A stretch of 64,000 nucleotides of DNA from Gammaproteobacteria bacterium. Lineage in GTDB: Bacteria; Pseudomonadota; Gammaproteobacteria; Nevskiales; Nevskiaceae. A program made the translations under genes and the position numbers. Location of the stretch: contig JAGWMX010000002.1 in NCBI GenBank assembly GCA_028871525.1, forward strand, positions 4,940-68,939, in the 5' to 3' direction. Below the pieces are notes generated by a model that saw only the letters and a list, made by a program, of their open reading frames with translations, was not told where the DNA came from and made no database searches. Shown here in pieces: positions 9,727 to 20,033 of this stretch. Within the stretch, counting starts at the first letter, position 1, and each line of letters opens with the position of its first letter.

Positions 9727-12219
9727 TCATCCAATCTTGCCCCGCAAGTTATCGGCGAGTGCGGAAAGCGCATTAGCGAGCTGCCTCGCGGTTTCCGGTG
9801 GCGGCAGCGGCAGCTTTAGGCTTTGCACGCCTGTGGTCGGATCGCGCTCGATCCAGGGATGCGCTGGAGCGTTGGAATCGTTGGCGGCCCCCAGAGCGGA
9901 AATAAGCTGCGCGCCGACCTGTGCCAAGGCTTGCCACGGATCGCTACCTGTATCGCGCGGCGATGCTCCGGCCCCATCGGTCCGCGCGCTCGTCATCTCG
10001 CCAGCGCCAAGGGTTACATCCGTATTTACATCTTCCACGAATCCGGCGTCATCGGCAGTGACGCCACTCCTTATTTCCTCAGCCGGTGTCACGGCCTCGC
10101 CCTCACCCATACGCCCAGTGACGTTTTCCACGTCCTTCATGAAACGGTTGAGACGCGAACCGCCGAGCGAAATCTCGCCGCTGCCGCCGTCGAGAATTCC
10201 GGCCGATAAGGAGCGTTTGAACGCCAGCACCGACAGCATGCCTTCCTCGATGCTGCCCTTTGCGACGAAATTGATGATCTGTACCGGCCGTATCTGGTCC
10301 AGGCGATGGATGCGCGCGATGCGCTGTTCGAGGATCGCCGGGTTCCACGGCAAGTCCATGTTCACCACGGTCGAAGCATGCTGCAGATTGAGGCCGGTGC
10401 TGCCGGCATCGGTCGACAGGAACACGCGGCAGGCGGGGTCGTCACGAAACCGCTCGACCAGCGCCGGCCGTTTGTCCGACGGCACGCCGCCGTGGAAGCT
10501 GACATAGCCCAGCCGGCGCGCTTCGAGGCGGCGGATGACGATGTCGTGGGTCCGCGTCCATTGCGAAAACACCACTGCCTTAGCCGCGGGCTCGGCGAAC
10601 AATTCGTCGAATAAAGCCGCCAATTCGTCAGCCTTGACGCCATGGTCGGTTTCTCGGTCCAGCAGATAGGTGCTGTTGCACGACATGCGCATGTTCTGTA
10701 GCGCACAAGTCAGCCGCCGCTGATCCTTATCCGACAGAAACCTGGTCTTGCGCCAGCGCTGGACGATTTTCGCCACCACGTCGGCGTTTTCCTGGTGATA
10801 AAGCATCTGCATCTCGGTCATCGGCACCAGCAGGTTCTGGTCGGTCCGGCTGGGCAGTTGCCGCAACACCTCGGATTTGCGCCGGCGGATCATGATTGGC
10901 GCCAGCGTTTGGCCGATCTTCTCGAGACCCGTATAGCCGGTGACGCGCCCGGCTTCGTCCTTGATCTGATGCTCATGCAGCAGCTTCCAGGTCGGCCCCA
11001 GCCGGTGCTGATCGACGAACTGGACGATGGAAATCAGTTCTTCCAGCTTGTTTTCCAGGGGCGTCCCGGTCAGCACGATCGCATAGGCGCTGTCGATGCG
11101 TTTCAAAGCGCGCGCCGCGATGGTGTTCCAGTTTTTCACCCGTTGCGCTTCATCGACGATGACGAGTTCGGGTGCCCAGGCGGCGATCAGGTCGAGATCG
11201 GGCTTGAGTTTCTCGTAGTTGGTGATCTTGCAGAAATCATCCAGGGCATAGTCCTTCTGCCGTTGTGCTCGGCCGCCGTTGATGACGCGTGCCGCGGTTT
11301 CGCCCTGTCGTCCCGAGAAACGCATGATCTCGCTTTGCCACTGATATTTCAGCGAGGTCGGGCAGACCACCAGAACTTTCGAGACGCCGAAATGCCGCGC
11401 CAGTATTTCCGTCGCGGCAATGGCCTGTATGGTCTTGCCCAGCCCCATGTCGTCGCCGATCAGCGACCGGCCGGCCCGCACCGCGAACAGCGCGCCCTCG
11501 GCCTGATACGGATAGAGCGACACCTTCAACAACGTCAGCAACCCGGGATCGGCAGCACCGCGTGGGAACAACTGCTCGAGCTTTGAGGCCCGCCGGTCCG
11601 CATCCCGCCTACCGGCGATGAAATCGAGCGCATCATCGTATGCTCGCAACTCATGACCGCTCTTCGCCGCCACGGTCATGAACTGCTCCAATTCGCCAAA
11701 GCGCGTCTCCGCCAGTATCCCGTTGCGTTCGGTGTCGAACAAGGCCGCGGCGGCCTCCCTTACCGCCGGCGGGCAGTCCGTTCCCGCACGAAAATGCACG
11801 CTGCGCTTGCCGTCATTGCGCAAATAGATCTCTGAGAACGCAGGCCGGTAGCCGCGCGCAAACGCCGTCTTGGCGCCGCGCTTTTTCTCCAGCCGGGCGA
11901 GCGTAAATTCGATGTGCTTGCAGGTGCCCAACTCACTGGTGGCATAATCGGGGCATGAACAGAAATTGCCGCCTGGCCCCATGCCCCGGATCGCCACGCG
12001 ATAGCAGGATTTCGAAACGGGATTGCTGACCCGAAACTCGGAGAAAAACGGCTCGTTACCCAGATTCTCAAGCCCGAAGGCCTGCTCGCGGCCGAATTGG
12101 CGGCGCAAGCCTCGTTGCCAATCCAACGGCGAAAGTTCGGCGGGCGCGTGGGTGCGCGAGAGCTTAGGTTCCTTTTCCGGTTTGATCGCGGAATTCAGGT
12201 TTAGGCGCTTGGATTTCAT
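9727..12219 (-). CDS. SWIM zinc-finger + SNF2-family ATPase/helicase with an acidic low-complexity C-terminal tail
   Basis: 830 aa. SWIM motif CSCPDYATSELGTCKH. SNF2 motifs LIGDDMGLGKT, VIVDEAQRVKN and TGTPLEN. Helicase-C motifs LSTDAGSTGLNL and WNPAILEQRIARIHR. Confidence 0.85.
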   Translation of the reverse strand: MKSKRLNLNSAIKPEKEPKLSRTHAPAELSPLDWQRGLRRQFGREQAFGLENLGNEPFFSEFRVSNPVSKSCYRVAIRGMGPGGNFCSCPDYATSELGTCKHIEFTLARLEKKRGAKTAFARGYRPAFSEIYLRNDGKRSVHFRAGTDCPPAVREAAAALFDTERNGILAETRFGELEQFMTVAAKSGHELRAYDDALDFIAGRRDADRRASKLEQLFPRGAADPGLLTLLKVSLYPYQAEGALFAVRAGRSLIGDDMGLGKTIQAIAATEILARHFGVSKVLVVCPTSLKYQWQSEIMRFSGRQGETAARVINGGRAQRQKDYALDDFCKITNYEKLKPDLDLIAAWAPELVIVDEAQRVKNWNTIAARALKRIDSAYAIVLTGTPLENKLEELISIVQFVDQHRLGPTWKLLHEHQIKDEAGRVTGYTGLEKIGQTLAPIMIRRRKSEVLRQLPSRTDQNLLVPMTEMQMLYHQENADVVAKIVQRWRKTRFLSDKDQRRLTCALQNMRMSCNSTYLLDRETDHGVKADELAALFDELFAEPAAKAVVFSQWTRTHDIVIRRLEARRLGYVSFHGGVPSDKRPALVERFRDDPACRVFLSTDAGSTGLNLQHASTVVNMDLPWNPAILEQRIARIHRLDQIRPVQIINFVAKGSIEEGMLSVLAFKRSLSAGILDGGSGEISLGGSRLNRFMKDVENVTGRMGEGEAVTPAEEIRSGVTADDAGFVEDVNTDVTLGAGEMTSARTDGAGASPRDTGSDPWQALAQVGAQLISALGAANDSNAPAHPWIERDPTTGVQSLKLPLPPPETARQLANALSALADNLRGKIG

Positions 12220-12402
12220 CGAAGCCCATTCCGTTCAGCAAAAGTTTCTCGCAAGACATTCATCTGGCATCCCATGCCTTTTCCCCCGTGCTGGCGCTAC
12301 TTTCGTATTTCAAGCAACGCCGGATGACCAGTGTCCACGAAACCGATGATCGGCACATTACGGTTTTCACCAGCGTCCAATTGGTTCCGCCGCAGAGCCG
12401 GA

Positions 12403-14904
12403 CTATTCAACCATGTAACCGAGCGCCCGGTATCCCGTTCGCCGCTTTGCTGCCATGCGCGCCAGCACTGGGACCATTTCATCGACATAGTCGACGACGA
12501 CAACCTCGGTCTTCCCGTTATGCTGGCGGTGCAGACGGCCAACATATTGGGCCAGCGTGCCTTTCCAGGAGATGGGCATCGTCAGGAATAGCGTGTCGAG
12601 CCTTTGATCGTCGAAGCCCTCACCAAGATAGCGCCCCGTAGCAAGGATAAGCCGTTCCTGGCCATCGTCTACTCGGAGGGTAACCTCAGCCGCCTTGCGT
12701 TCGCCGGTAGACATCCCGCCCCGAAGGACGACAAGATTGCGCACGAAGCGCGAAAAGCGGCCTTGAAGATATTCGAGATGATCCCGGCGCTCAGTCAGCA
12801 CGACCGGTGATCGCTTCGCCTCCAGCGCTTTCAACACGTCGTCGAAGATCAGGTTATTGCGCGGCTCATCCTGGGCGATGGCCGCATAGATCGCCGGCAT
12901 AGAAGGACGGTCCGACCCCGCCAGAGGTGGCGGAAGTTGAAACTGCGTCGACCGGTGTTTGGCGCGGTGGGTAATCCCCCGTCCGACCGCATGCGCACGC
13001 GCATCAACGCGATGTCGAACAGGGCCACACTGCATAAAGATGATCGGATGGTGCCCATCTTTGCGAGCCACGGTCGCAGACAGCCCGAGCACACAGCGCG
13101 CTTTCGCCCGGCGGGCCACCAGCTCAAAACTCGCCGCCGAAAGATGATGGCACTCGTCGACAACCAGATGACCATAGTCCGCTACCATGTCGGATACTTC
13201 GCCTCGGTGCACGAGGCTCTGGATCAGCGCGACATCAATGACGCCAGTCGGCTTGCGGCGTCCGCCGCCAATGACGCCGATGTCCTTCGGATCGATATCG
13301 AGAAATGTCCTTAGCCGCTCCACCCACTGGGTGAGCAACTCGCGACGATGAACAAGAACGAGCGCATTGCGTCCGCGTTGCGCAATAAGAGCCGCGGCCA
13401 CCGCCGTCTTGCCGAAAGCGGTCGTCGCCGCGAGCACGCCATGGTCATGCGGAAGAAGGGCCTCAAACGCCTTGACCTGTGGTTCGTACAGCGTCCCCTG
13501 AAACCGTACTCGGCTCGCAAGCGGACTGCCAATCACCCTCAGATCATTCAACTCAACCTCGGCGCCCTCGGCTCGGATCAGCTCAACAACCTCGTCGAGG
13601 CAGCCGCGGGGCAGCCCCACATGACGCCGATGAAGTTCGGCACAGGAGATAATTCGCGGTTTGCCGAAGGTCGGGAAACGCATGGACTGCGCACGATAGA
13701 ACTCTGGGTTTTGGAAGGCCGCCAGGCGTATGAGCCGCGCCGTCGTTGCCGGCGGCAAATCGGTCCGATCGATATAGAGTTGGTCGGCGACCACTATCGT
13801 GATCTTGCCCGATAGGGGACTGTCAACCGGGCCCGCCCTGGGGCGCCGAGACGGAGTCATTCGCCAGGGCTCGTCCGCATCTTCATCTTCGACCGGCATG
13901 CGGACGCCCAGAATACGGCCCCGCGTCTCCGCATCGTCGACGATTTCGGCGGCGGCCCCGGCCGATAGCCGTGGCCTCGCCGCCAGAAACGCCCATTGGT
14001 CGTCGTATGGACGAAGGTCTTGGTCAATGAAGACACTGTTTCCAAGCTCGCGCGCCCGACGCTGCAAAGGCAAGGCAATCAGATTACCGAAGCCGCCGGC
14101 CGGCATGGTGTCCTGGCTCGGGAAAAAGCGATCGTATGAGGCGAAACCTATTTCGGGTCGACGCTCCATCGTCTCCGTCAGCATCGCCGCGCCAAGCTGC
14201 CGAGCGGTGCGCGCCGAAACCGACTCGGAGAAGAAAATCCACACATGCCCGCCATTGCCGGATCGAGACCGCTCAAGGGCCGCGGGCACGCCCTTGGCCT
14301 GGCAAGTCTCCAGCACGGCCAAGGCGTCAGCCGCCCAGCTCTCCTCGTCAAAATCGGCGGCCAAAAACCAGCAGGTCTCGTCAGGAAGCAGCGGATAAAC
14401 ACCCGCCACGAAATCGCCGCCAGAGCCGCGCTCACCCTCGCCGCGCAGATGCTTTTCGATGATGTCGTCGGTGACTGGGATGAAGGCTTGATGAGGGCAA
14501 GCCCCGCATTTCACCCGAGGCTTGCCGCATATCCCCTTAACCCACTCGTTGGCGCACGCGGGCGCATAGCCCGACTTGGCGGTCTTCCGGTTTTCCCACC
14601 TGACAGGGAATACGTCAGCGCGGCCTGCGAATAGGCGCCGAAACAGCGCGATCTTTTCCGCGGTGGGTGACGCGGCCATGACCCTAGGCGCATCTGCAAT
14701 GGCGGGTGGTGAATGATTTGCTGCCGCCGCCGAGGACCGGTTCACGAGACCCCTCAGCGCGGCCTCAAGCTCTCTCCGCTCCGCTTCATTTGCGGCTAAA
14801 CGAACTCGAATCTGCTCAATCTCGACCTCAAGTTCATGCGCAGTCTCGGCGCCACCGTCCAGCGCCAGTCGTTTCGACACATCTCCGCTCAGCCCGGCCT
14901 TCAT
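12403..14904 (-). CDS. Archaeo-eukaryotic primase (AEP/PrimPol-like) domain fused to an SF2 DEAD/DEAH (ResIII-type) helicase
   Basis: 833 aa with an N-terminal coiled coil. AEP motifs are FLAADFDE (DxD), SRSGNGGHVWIFF (sGxGxH), SYDRFFPSQD and GNLIALPLQ. A Cys knuckle KCGACPH is inserted. Helicase motifs are ATTAFGKT, VVDECHH and LSAT, plus a helicase-C region. From memory, RefSeq labels similar proteins as a TOTE conflict system AEP domain-containing protein; I could not verify this here. Confidence 0.8.
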   Translation of the reverse strand: MKAGLSGDVSKRLALDGGAETAHELEVEIEQIRVRLAANEAERRELEAALRGLVNRSSAAAANHSPPAIADAPRVMAASPTAEKIALFRRLFAGRADVFPVRWENRKTAKSGYAPACANEWVKGICGKPRVKCGACPHQAFIPVTDDIIEKHLRGEGERGSGGDFVAGVYPLLPDETCWFLAADFDEESWAADALAVLETCQAKGVPAALERSRSGNGGHVWIFFSESVSARTARQLGAAMLTETMERRPEIGFASYDRFFPSQDTMPAGGFGNLIALPLQRRARELGNSVFIDQDLRPYDDQWAFLAARPRLSAGAAAEIVDDAETRGRILGVRMPVEDEDADEPWRMTPSRRPRAGPVDSPLSGKITIVVADQLYIDRTDLPPATTARLIRLAAFQNPEFYRAQSMRFPTFGKPRIISCAELHRRHVGLPRGCLDEVVELIRAEGAEVELNDLRVIGSPLASRVRFQGTLYEPQVKAFEALLPHDHGVLAATTAFGKTAVAAALIAQRGRNALVLVHRRELLTQWVERLRTFLDIDPKDIGVIGGGRRKPTGVIDVALIQSLVHRGEVSDMVADYGHLVVDECHHLSAASFELVARRAKARCVLGLSATVARKDGHHPIIFMQCGPVRHRVDARAHAVGRGITHRAKHRSTQFQLPPPLAGSDRPSMPAIYAAIAQDEPRNNLIFDDVLKALEAKRSPVVLTERRDHLEYLQGRFSRFVRNLVVLRGGMSTGERKAAEVTLRVDDGQERLILATGRYLGEGFDDQRLDTLFLTMPISWKGTLAQYVGRLHRQHNGKTEVVVVDYVDEMVPVLARMAAKRRTGYRALGYMVE

Positions 14905-15039
14905 GGAGTAGGCTCTCCAGTTGGTCGCCGGCCTCGTCTCACACGAGGCACCGGCGACTTGTCACCGGATTTCCAAGCCTTGATGTTCTGCACCTTCCAT
15001 CGCAACGCTGGACAGATTTCTATAGCGGAGTGCACATAG

Positions 15040-15165
15040 GAGGCGCACCGCTGGCGAAGGTATAACGCCCGCGGTGCAGTCATTTTCGTGCGTTACGCCG
15101 ATGACATCGTGGCGGGATTTGAGCACGAATGGGAAGCCAAGCGCTTTGTGGCGGAGCTTCCAGCA
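15040..15165 (+). pseudogene. Group II intron-type reverse transcriptase fragment (RT motif 5 region only)
   Basis: The frame-1 translation RWRRYNARGAVIFVRYADDIVAGFEHEWEAKRFVAEL matches the conserved ..RWRR....G..IIVRYADDxVVGFEH..DA.RF block of bacterial group II intron RTs. An in-frame stop lies immediately upstream (15037-15039) and similarity is lost after about 15160. Confidence 0.55.
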
Positions 15166-15210
15166 TCAATTTGCCTCTCATGGTATCGATGTCTTCTGCC
15201 TTGCTACGCG

Positions 15211-15300
15211 CAATAAATACCATGAAAATACCATTGATGATGCAGATTACATTTATTATTGATTAGATTTATTTAATTTTTATAAATCAATGTGCTAAAA
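15211..15300. other. AT-rich block (20% GC by hand count) abutting the guaA stop codon
   Basis: 18 G/C in 90 nt, counted by hand, against roughly 60-73% elsewhere. It contains a weak inverted repeat attgatt/aatcaat. Confidence 0.8.
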
Positions 15301-15307
15301 AATCCGG

Positions 15308-16882
15308 TCACTCCCACTCGATCGTCGCTGGCGGTTTGCCAGTGATGTCGTAGACGACGCGAGAGATACCCGGCACTTCGTTAACGATGCGGCGGGCACA
15401 TTCGTCGAGCAGTTCATACGGCAGATGCGCCCAGCGCGCGGTCATGAAATCGATCGTCTCGACCGCGCGCAGGGCAATCACCGGCTCGTAGCGGCGGCCA
15501 TCGCCGGTAACACCGACGCTTTTGCTCGGCACATAGACCGCGAATGCCTGACTGGTGCGCTCATACCAGCCGGAGCGGCGCAATTCCTCGATGAAAATCG
15601 CGTCTGCCTGGCGCAGCGCCTCGGCAGCTTGCGCGGTGACTTCGCCGAGGATGCGCACACCAAGACCCGGCCCCGGGAACGGATGACGCGTAACCAGTTT
15701 CCGCGGCAGACCGAGTTCCACGCCGATCTCCCGTACCTCGTCCTTGAACAACTCACGCAGCGGTTCGATCAGCTTGAGCTTCATCGTCTCGGGCAGGCCG
15801 CCGACATTGTGATGGCTTTTGATTACCCGGGCCTTGCCCGTCGCCGCGCCGGCCGACTCGATGACATCCGGGTAGATCGTGCCCTGCGCGAGGAACTCAA
15901 TGTCCTTGAGTTGTTGCGCCTGTTCGTCAAACACCTCGATGAACATGCGGCCGATGATCTTGCGCTTGGCTTCCGGGTCGGTGATTCCGCTCAGCGCCTG
16001 GAAAAAGCGCGGCCCGGCGTCGACACGGATCACGCGCGCGCCGAGATGCTCGGCAAATACCCGCATCACTTGATCGCTTTCGCCGAGCCGCAGCAGACCG
16101 TGGTCGACGAACACGCAGGTGAGACGATCGCCGATCGCCGTGTGCAGCAGCGCGGCGACCACCGAGGAATCAACGCCGCCGGACAGCGCCAGCAGCACGC
16201 GGCCGGCGCCGACCTGCGCTCGCGCGCGGGCGATGGCGTCGTCGATGATGTTTGCCGGAGTCCATGCCGACCCGCAGCCGCAGAGTTCGTGCGCAAAGCG
16301 GTGATAGATGCGCGCGCCCTGCGGGGTGTGGGTGACCTCGGGGTGAAACTGCAGTCCGTAAAAGCGGCGGCCCTCGTCGGCCATGCCGGCGATCGGCACG
16401 TCGCGGGTGCTGGCGATGGTCGTGAACCCGGGCGGCAGTTCGACCACGCGGTCGCCATGGCTCATCCAGACGTCGAGCAGTCCGTGGCCGTCGGCGTTGG
16501 CGCGATCCTGGATGTCGCGCAGCAGCGCCGAGTGCCCGCGTGCGCGCACCTCTGCATAGCCAAACTCCTTGACCGCCCCCGCCTCGACGCGCCCGCCGAG
16601 TTGCATCGCCATCATCTGCATGCCGTAACAGATACCGAGTACCGGCACACCGAGCGTCCACACTGTCCGCGGCACACGCGGACTGCCATCGCGGGTCACG
16701 CTGTCCGGCCCGCCGGACAACACCACGCCGCGTGGGGCGAAGGCGACGACGGCCGCATCGTCCATATCCCACGGATGGATCTCGCAGTAGACGCCGCACT
16801 CGCGGATGCGCCGTGCGATCAGTTGAGTGTACTGCGAGCCGAAGTCGAGGATCAGGATCCGATCGGCGTGGATGTTGGCGAC
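15308..16882 (-). CDS. guaA: GMP synthase (glutamine-hydrolysing)
   Basis: C-terminus ...KPPATIEWE, GATase catalytic context GICYGMQ, and ATP-PPase motif SGGVDSSV. The first start codon in frame is the ATG at 16765 (485 aa). The conserved N-terminus [39 protein letters not shown] continues upstream in frame to about 16882 without any ATG/GTG/TTG, so the 5' boundary is unresolved. Confidence 0.9.
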   Translation of the reverse strand, partial: VANIHADRILILDFGSQYTQLIARRIRECGVYCEIHPWDMDDAAVVAFAPRGVVLSGGPDSVTRDGSPRVPRTVWTLGVPVLGICYGMQMMAMQLGGRVEAGAVKEFGYAEVRARGHSALLRDIQDRANADGHGLLDVWMSHGDRVVELPPGFTTIASTRDVPIAGMADEGRRFYGLQFHPEVTHTPQGARIYHRFAHELCGCGSAWTPANIIDDAIARARAQVGAGRVLLALSGGVDSSVVAALLHTAIGDRLTCVFVDHGLLRLGESDQVMRVFAEHLGARVIRVDAGPRFFQALSGITDPEAKRKIIGRMFIEVFDEQAQQLKDIEFLAQGTIYPDVIESAGAATGKARVIKSHHNVGGLPETMKLKLIEPLRELFKDEVREIGVELGLPRKLVTRHPFPGPGLGVRILGEVTAQAAEALRQADAIFIEELRRSGWYERTSQAFAVYVPSKSVGVTGDGRRYEPVIALRAVETIDFMTARWAHLPYELLDECARRIVNEVPGISRVVYDITGKPPATIEWE

Positions 16883-16895
16883 GGCGTGCGCCGGC

Positions 16896-18485
<1,590 letters not shown>

Positions 18486-18529
18486 TCAGCACTGCGAAAA
18501 CAACCTCCGCCGCAACGACTCGAGTAGCT

Positions 18530-19927
18530 GTGATCAAACCCAGACAAGGCACTGAAGAAGAAATACTGACGGCCGAACCGCAGGTTTACGCCGTCAGCGA
18601 ATTGACCGAGTTGCTACGCGTTTTGCTGGAGGACAGCCTGCCCAACGTCCGGGTACAGGGCGAGATTTCAAATTTCTCGCGCCCCGCCTCCGGGCACTGG
18701 TATTTCACACTCAAGGACCAGCACGCGCAGATCCGCTGCGCGATGTTCCGTGGCAGCAACTACTACGTGCGCCCGCAGCCCAAAGACGGCGATCAGGTGC
18801 TGGCGCGCGGGCGTATCAGCCTGTATCCGGCGCGCGGCGAGCTGCAGTTGATCTGCGAGCACCTGGAGCCGGCTGGGGCCGGCGCCCTGCTGGCCGCCTT
18901 CGAGCGACTGAAGCAGAAACTGGCCGCCGAGGGTCTGTTCGACGAGCGGTACAAGCGGGCGTTGCCGGCGATGCCGCGCCACATCGGCCTGATCACCTCG
19001 GACAGCGGTGCAGCGGTACACGACGTCCTGACCACGCTGGCGCGACGCTGGCCGCTGGCGACGGTGACGCTGTGTCCGGTGCCGGTTCAGGGCGTCAGGG
19101 CGACGGCGGCGATCTGTCGCGCGCTGATCGAACTGCCGCAACGCGCGCCGGCCGAGCTGGTGCTGCTGGTGCGGGGCGGCGGTTCTCTGGAAGACCTGCG
19201 GGCGTTCAACGAAGAGAACGTGGCGCGTGCGATCCGCGCCTGTGCCGTCCCGGTGGTCACCGGGATCGGCCATGAAATCGACGTCACCATCGCCGATTTC
19301 GCCGCCGACCTGCGCGCCGCCACGCCGACTGCAGCCGCCGAGCGGGTCGCCCCCGACGCCGCCGAACTACGGTTGCGGCTCGACCAACTGCAAGTCCGGC
19401 TGGAAGCGCGCTCGCGCACGCACCTGACGGTGCAGACCGAACGGATACAGCGGCTGTCGATTCGCCTATCGGCTCAGCATCCGCGCCGGCGGCTGCAGTT
19501 GCGCGCCCAGCGCCTGGATGAACTCGAACTGCGGTTGCGCCGGAGCGGCCGTCGAAAAACCGCGGACTGCCGCGAACGCCTGCTTGCCGCCGCACGCCGG
19601 CTTCGAACAGCCAGCCCGGCGGCACAACTGGCGCATACCCGCCTGTCTATAGAACGTCATCAAACAATGTTGGCCACACGGCTGCACCTGCTGCTACAGC
19701 AGCAACGCGGGCGGTTGGCGCGCGCCGAAGCCTTGCTCGGCTCGCTGTCGCCTCAGGCAGTGCTAGGCCGCGGTTACGCGCTGGTGCGCGACGCCGAAGG
19801 CAGGCTGCTGCGCGGAGTCAGCGGCTTACGGCGTGGCGATGCCATCGCGGTAGAGCTGGCACACGGCGGTCTGGACGCGCGTATCGAACACGTCCGCGCC
19901 GATTCACCACCGGCGCAGAAGCCATAA
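18530..19927 (+). CDS. xseA: Exodeoxyribonuclease VII large subunit
   Basis: GTG start. OB-fold N-terminus VRVQGEISNFSRPASGHWYFTLKDQHAQIRCAMFR, a long coiled-coil C-terminal half, and divergent from guaB. Confidence 0.85.
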   Translation: MIKPRQGTEEEILTAEPQVYAVSELTELLRVLLEDSLPNVRVQGEISNFSRPASGHWYFTLKDQHAQIRCAMFRGSNYYVRPQPKDGDQVLARGRISLYPARGELQLICEHLEPAGAGALLAAFERLKQKLAAEGLFDERYKRALPAMPRHIGLITSDSGAAVHDVLTTLARRWPLATVTLCPVPVQGVRATAAICRALIELPQRAPAELVLLVRGGGSLEDLRAFNEENVARAIRACAVPVVTGIGHEIDVTIADFAADLRAATPTAAAERVAPDAAELRLRLDQLQVRLEARSRTHLTVQTERIQRLSIRLSAQHPRRRLQLRAQRLDELELRLRRSGRRKTADCRERLLAAARRLRTASPAAQLAHTRLSIERHQTMLATRLHLLLQQQRGRLARAEALLGSLSPQAVLGRGYALVRDAEGRLLRGVSGLRRGDAIAVELAHGGLDARIEHVRADSPPAQKP

Positions 19928-19996
19928 GACGGTCACTGGCTGCTCACCACTCCTGGCTCGGTGTGCGATTTGTAAGGCCGCTCGCGACGCTACGAT

Positions 19997-20011
19997 CCCC
20001 GCTTCGCGGGG
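19997..20011. terminator. GC hairpin between convergent xseA and ilvA (possible bidirectional terminator)
   Basis: ccccgc-ttc-gcgggg perfect 6-bp stem in the 106-nt convergent intergenic region; no clear T-tract. Confidence 0.3.
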
Positions 20012-20033
20012 CCCCTCCACGCTGCTCGGGGCT

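Noticed and set aside
9342-9776. 144-aa ORF as an intact gene
   Set aside because: Only residues ~5-50 resemble a transposase C-terminus. The rest has no similarity I recognise and runs into the SNF2 gene on the other strand. It is treated as an IS remnant only.
15255-15300. AT-rich inverted repeat (attgatt / aatcaat) as the guaA rho-independent terminator
   Set aside because: The stem is only 7 bp and all A/T-rich, with a ~20-nt loop, which is energetically weak. It cannot be distinguished from chance in a 20% GC block.
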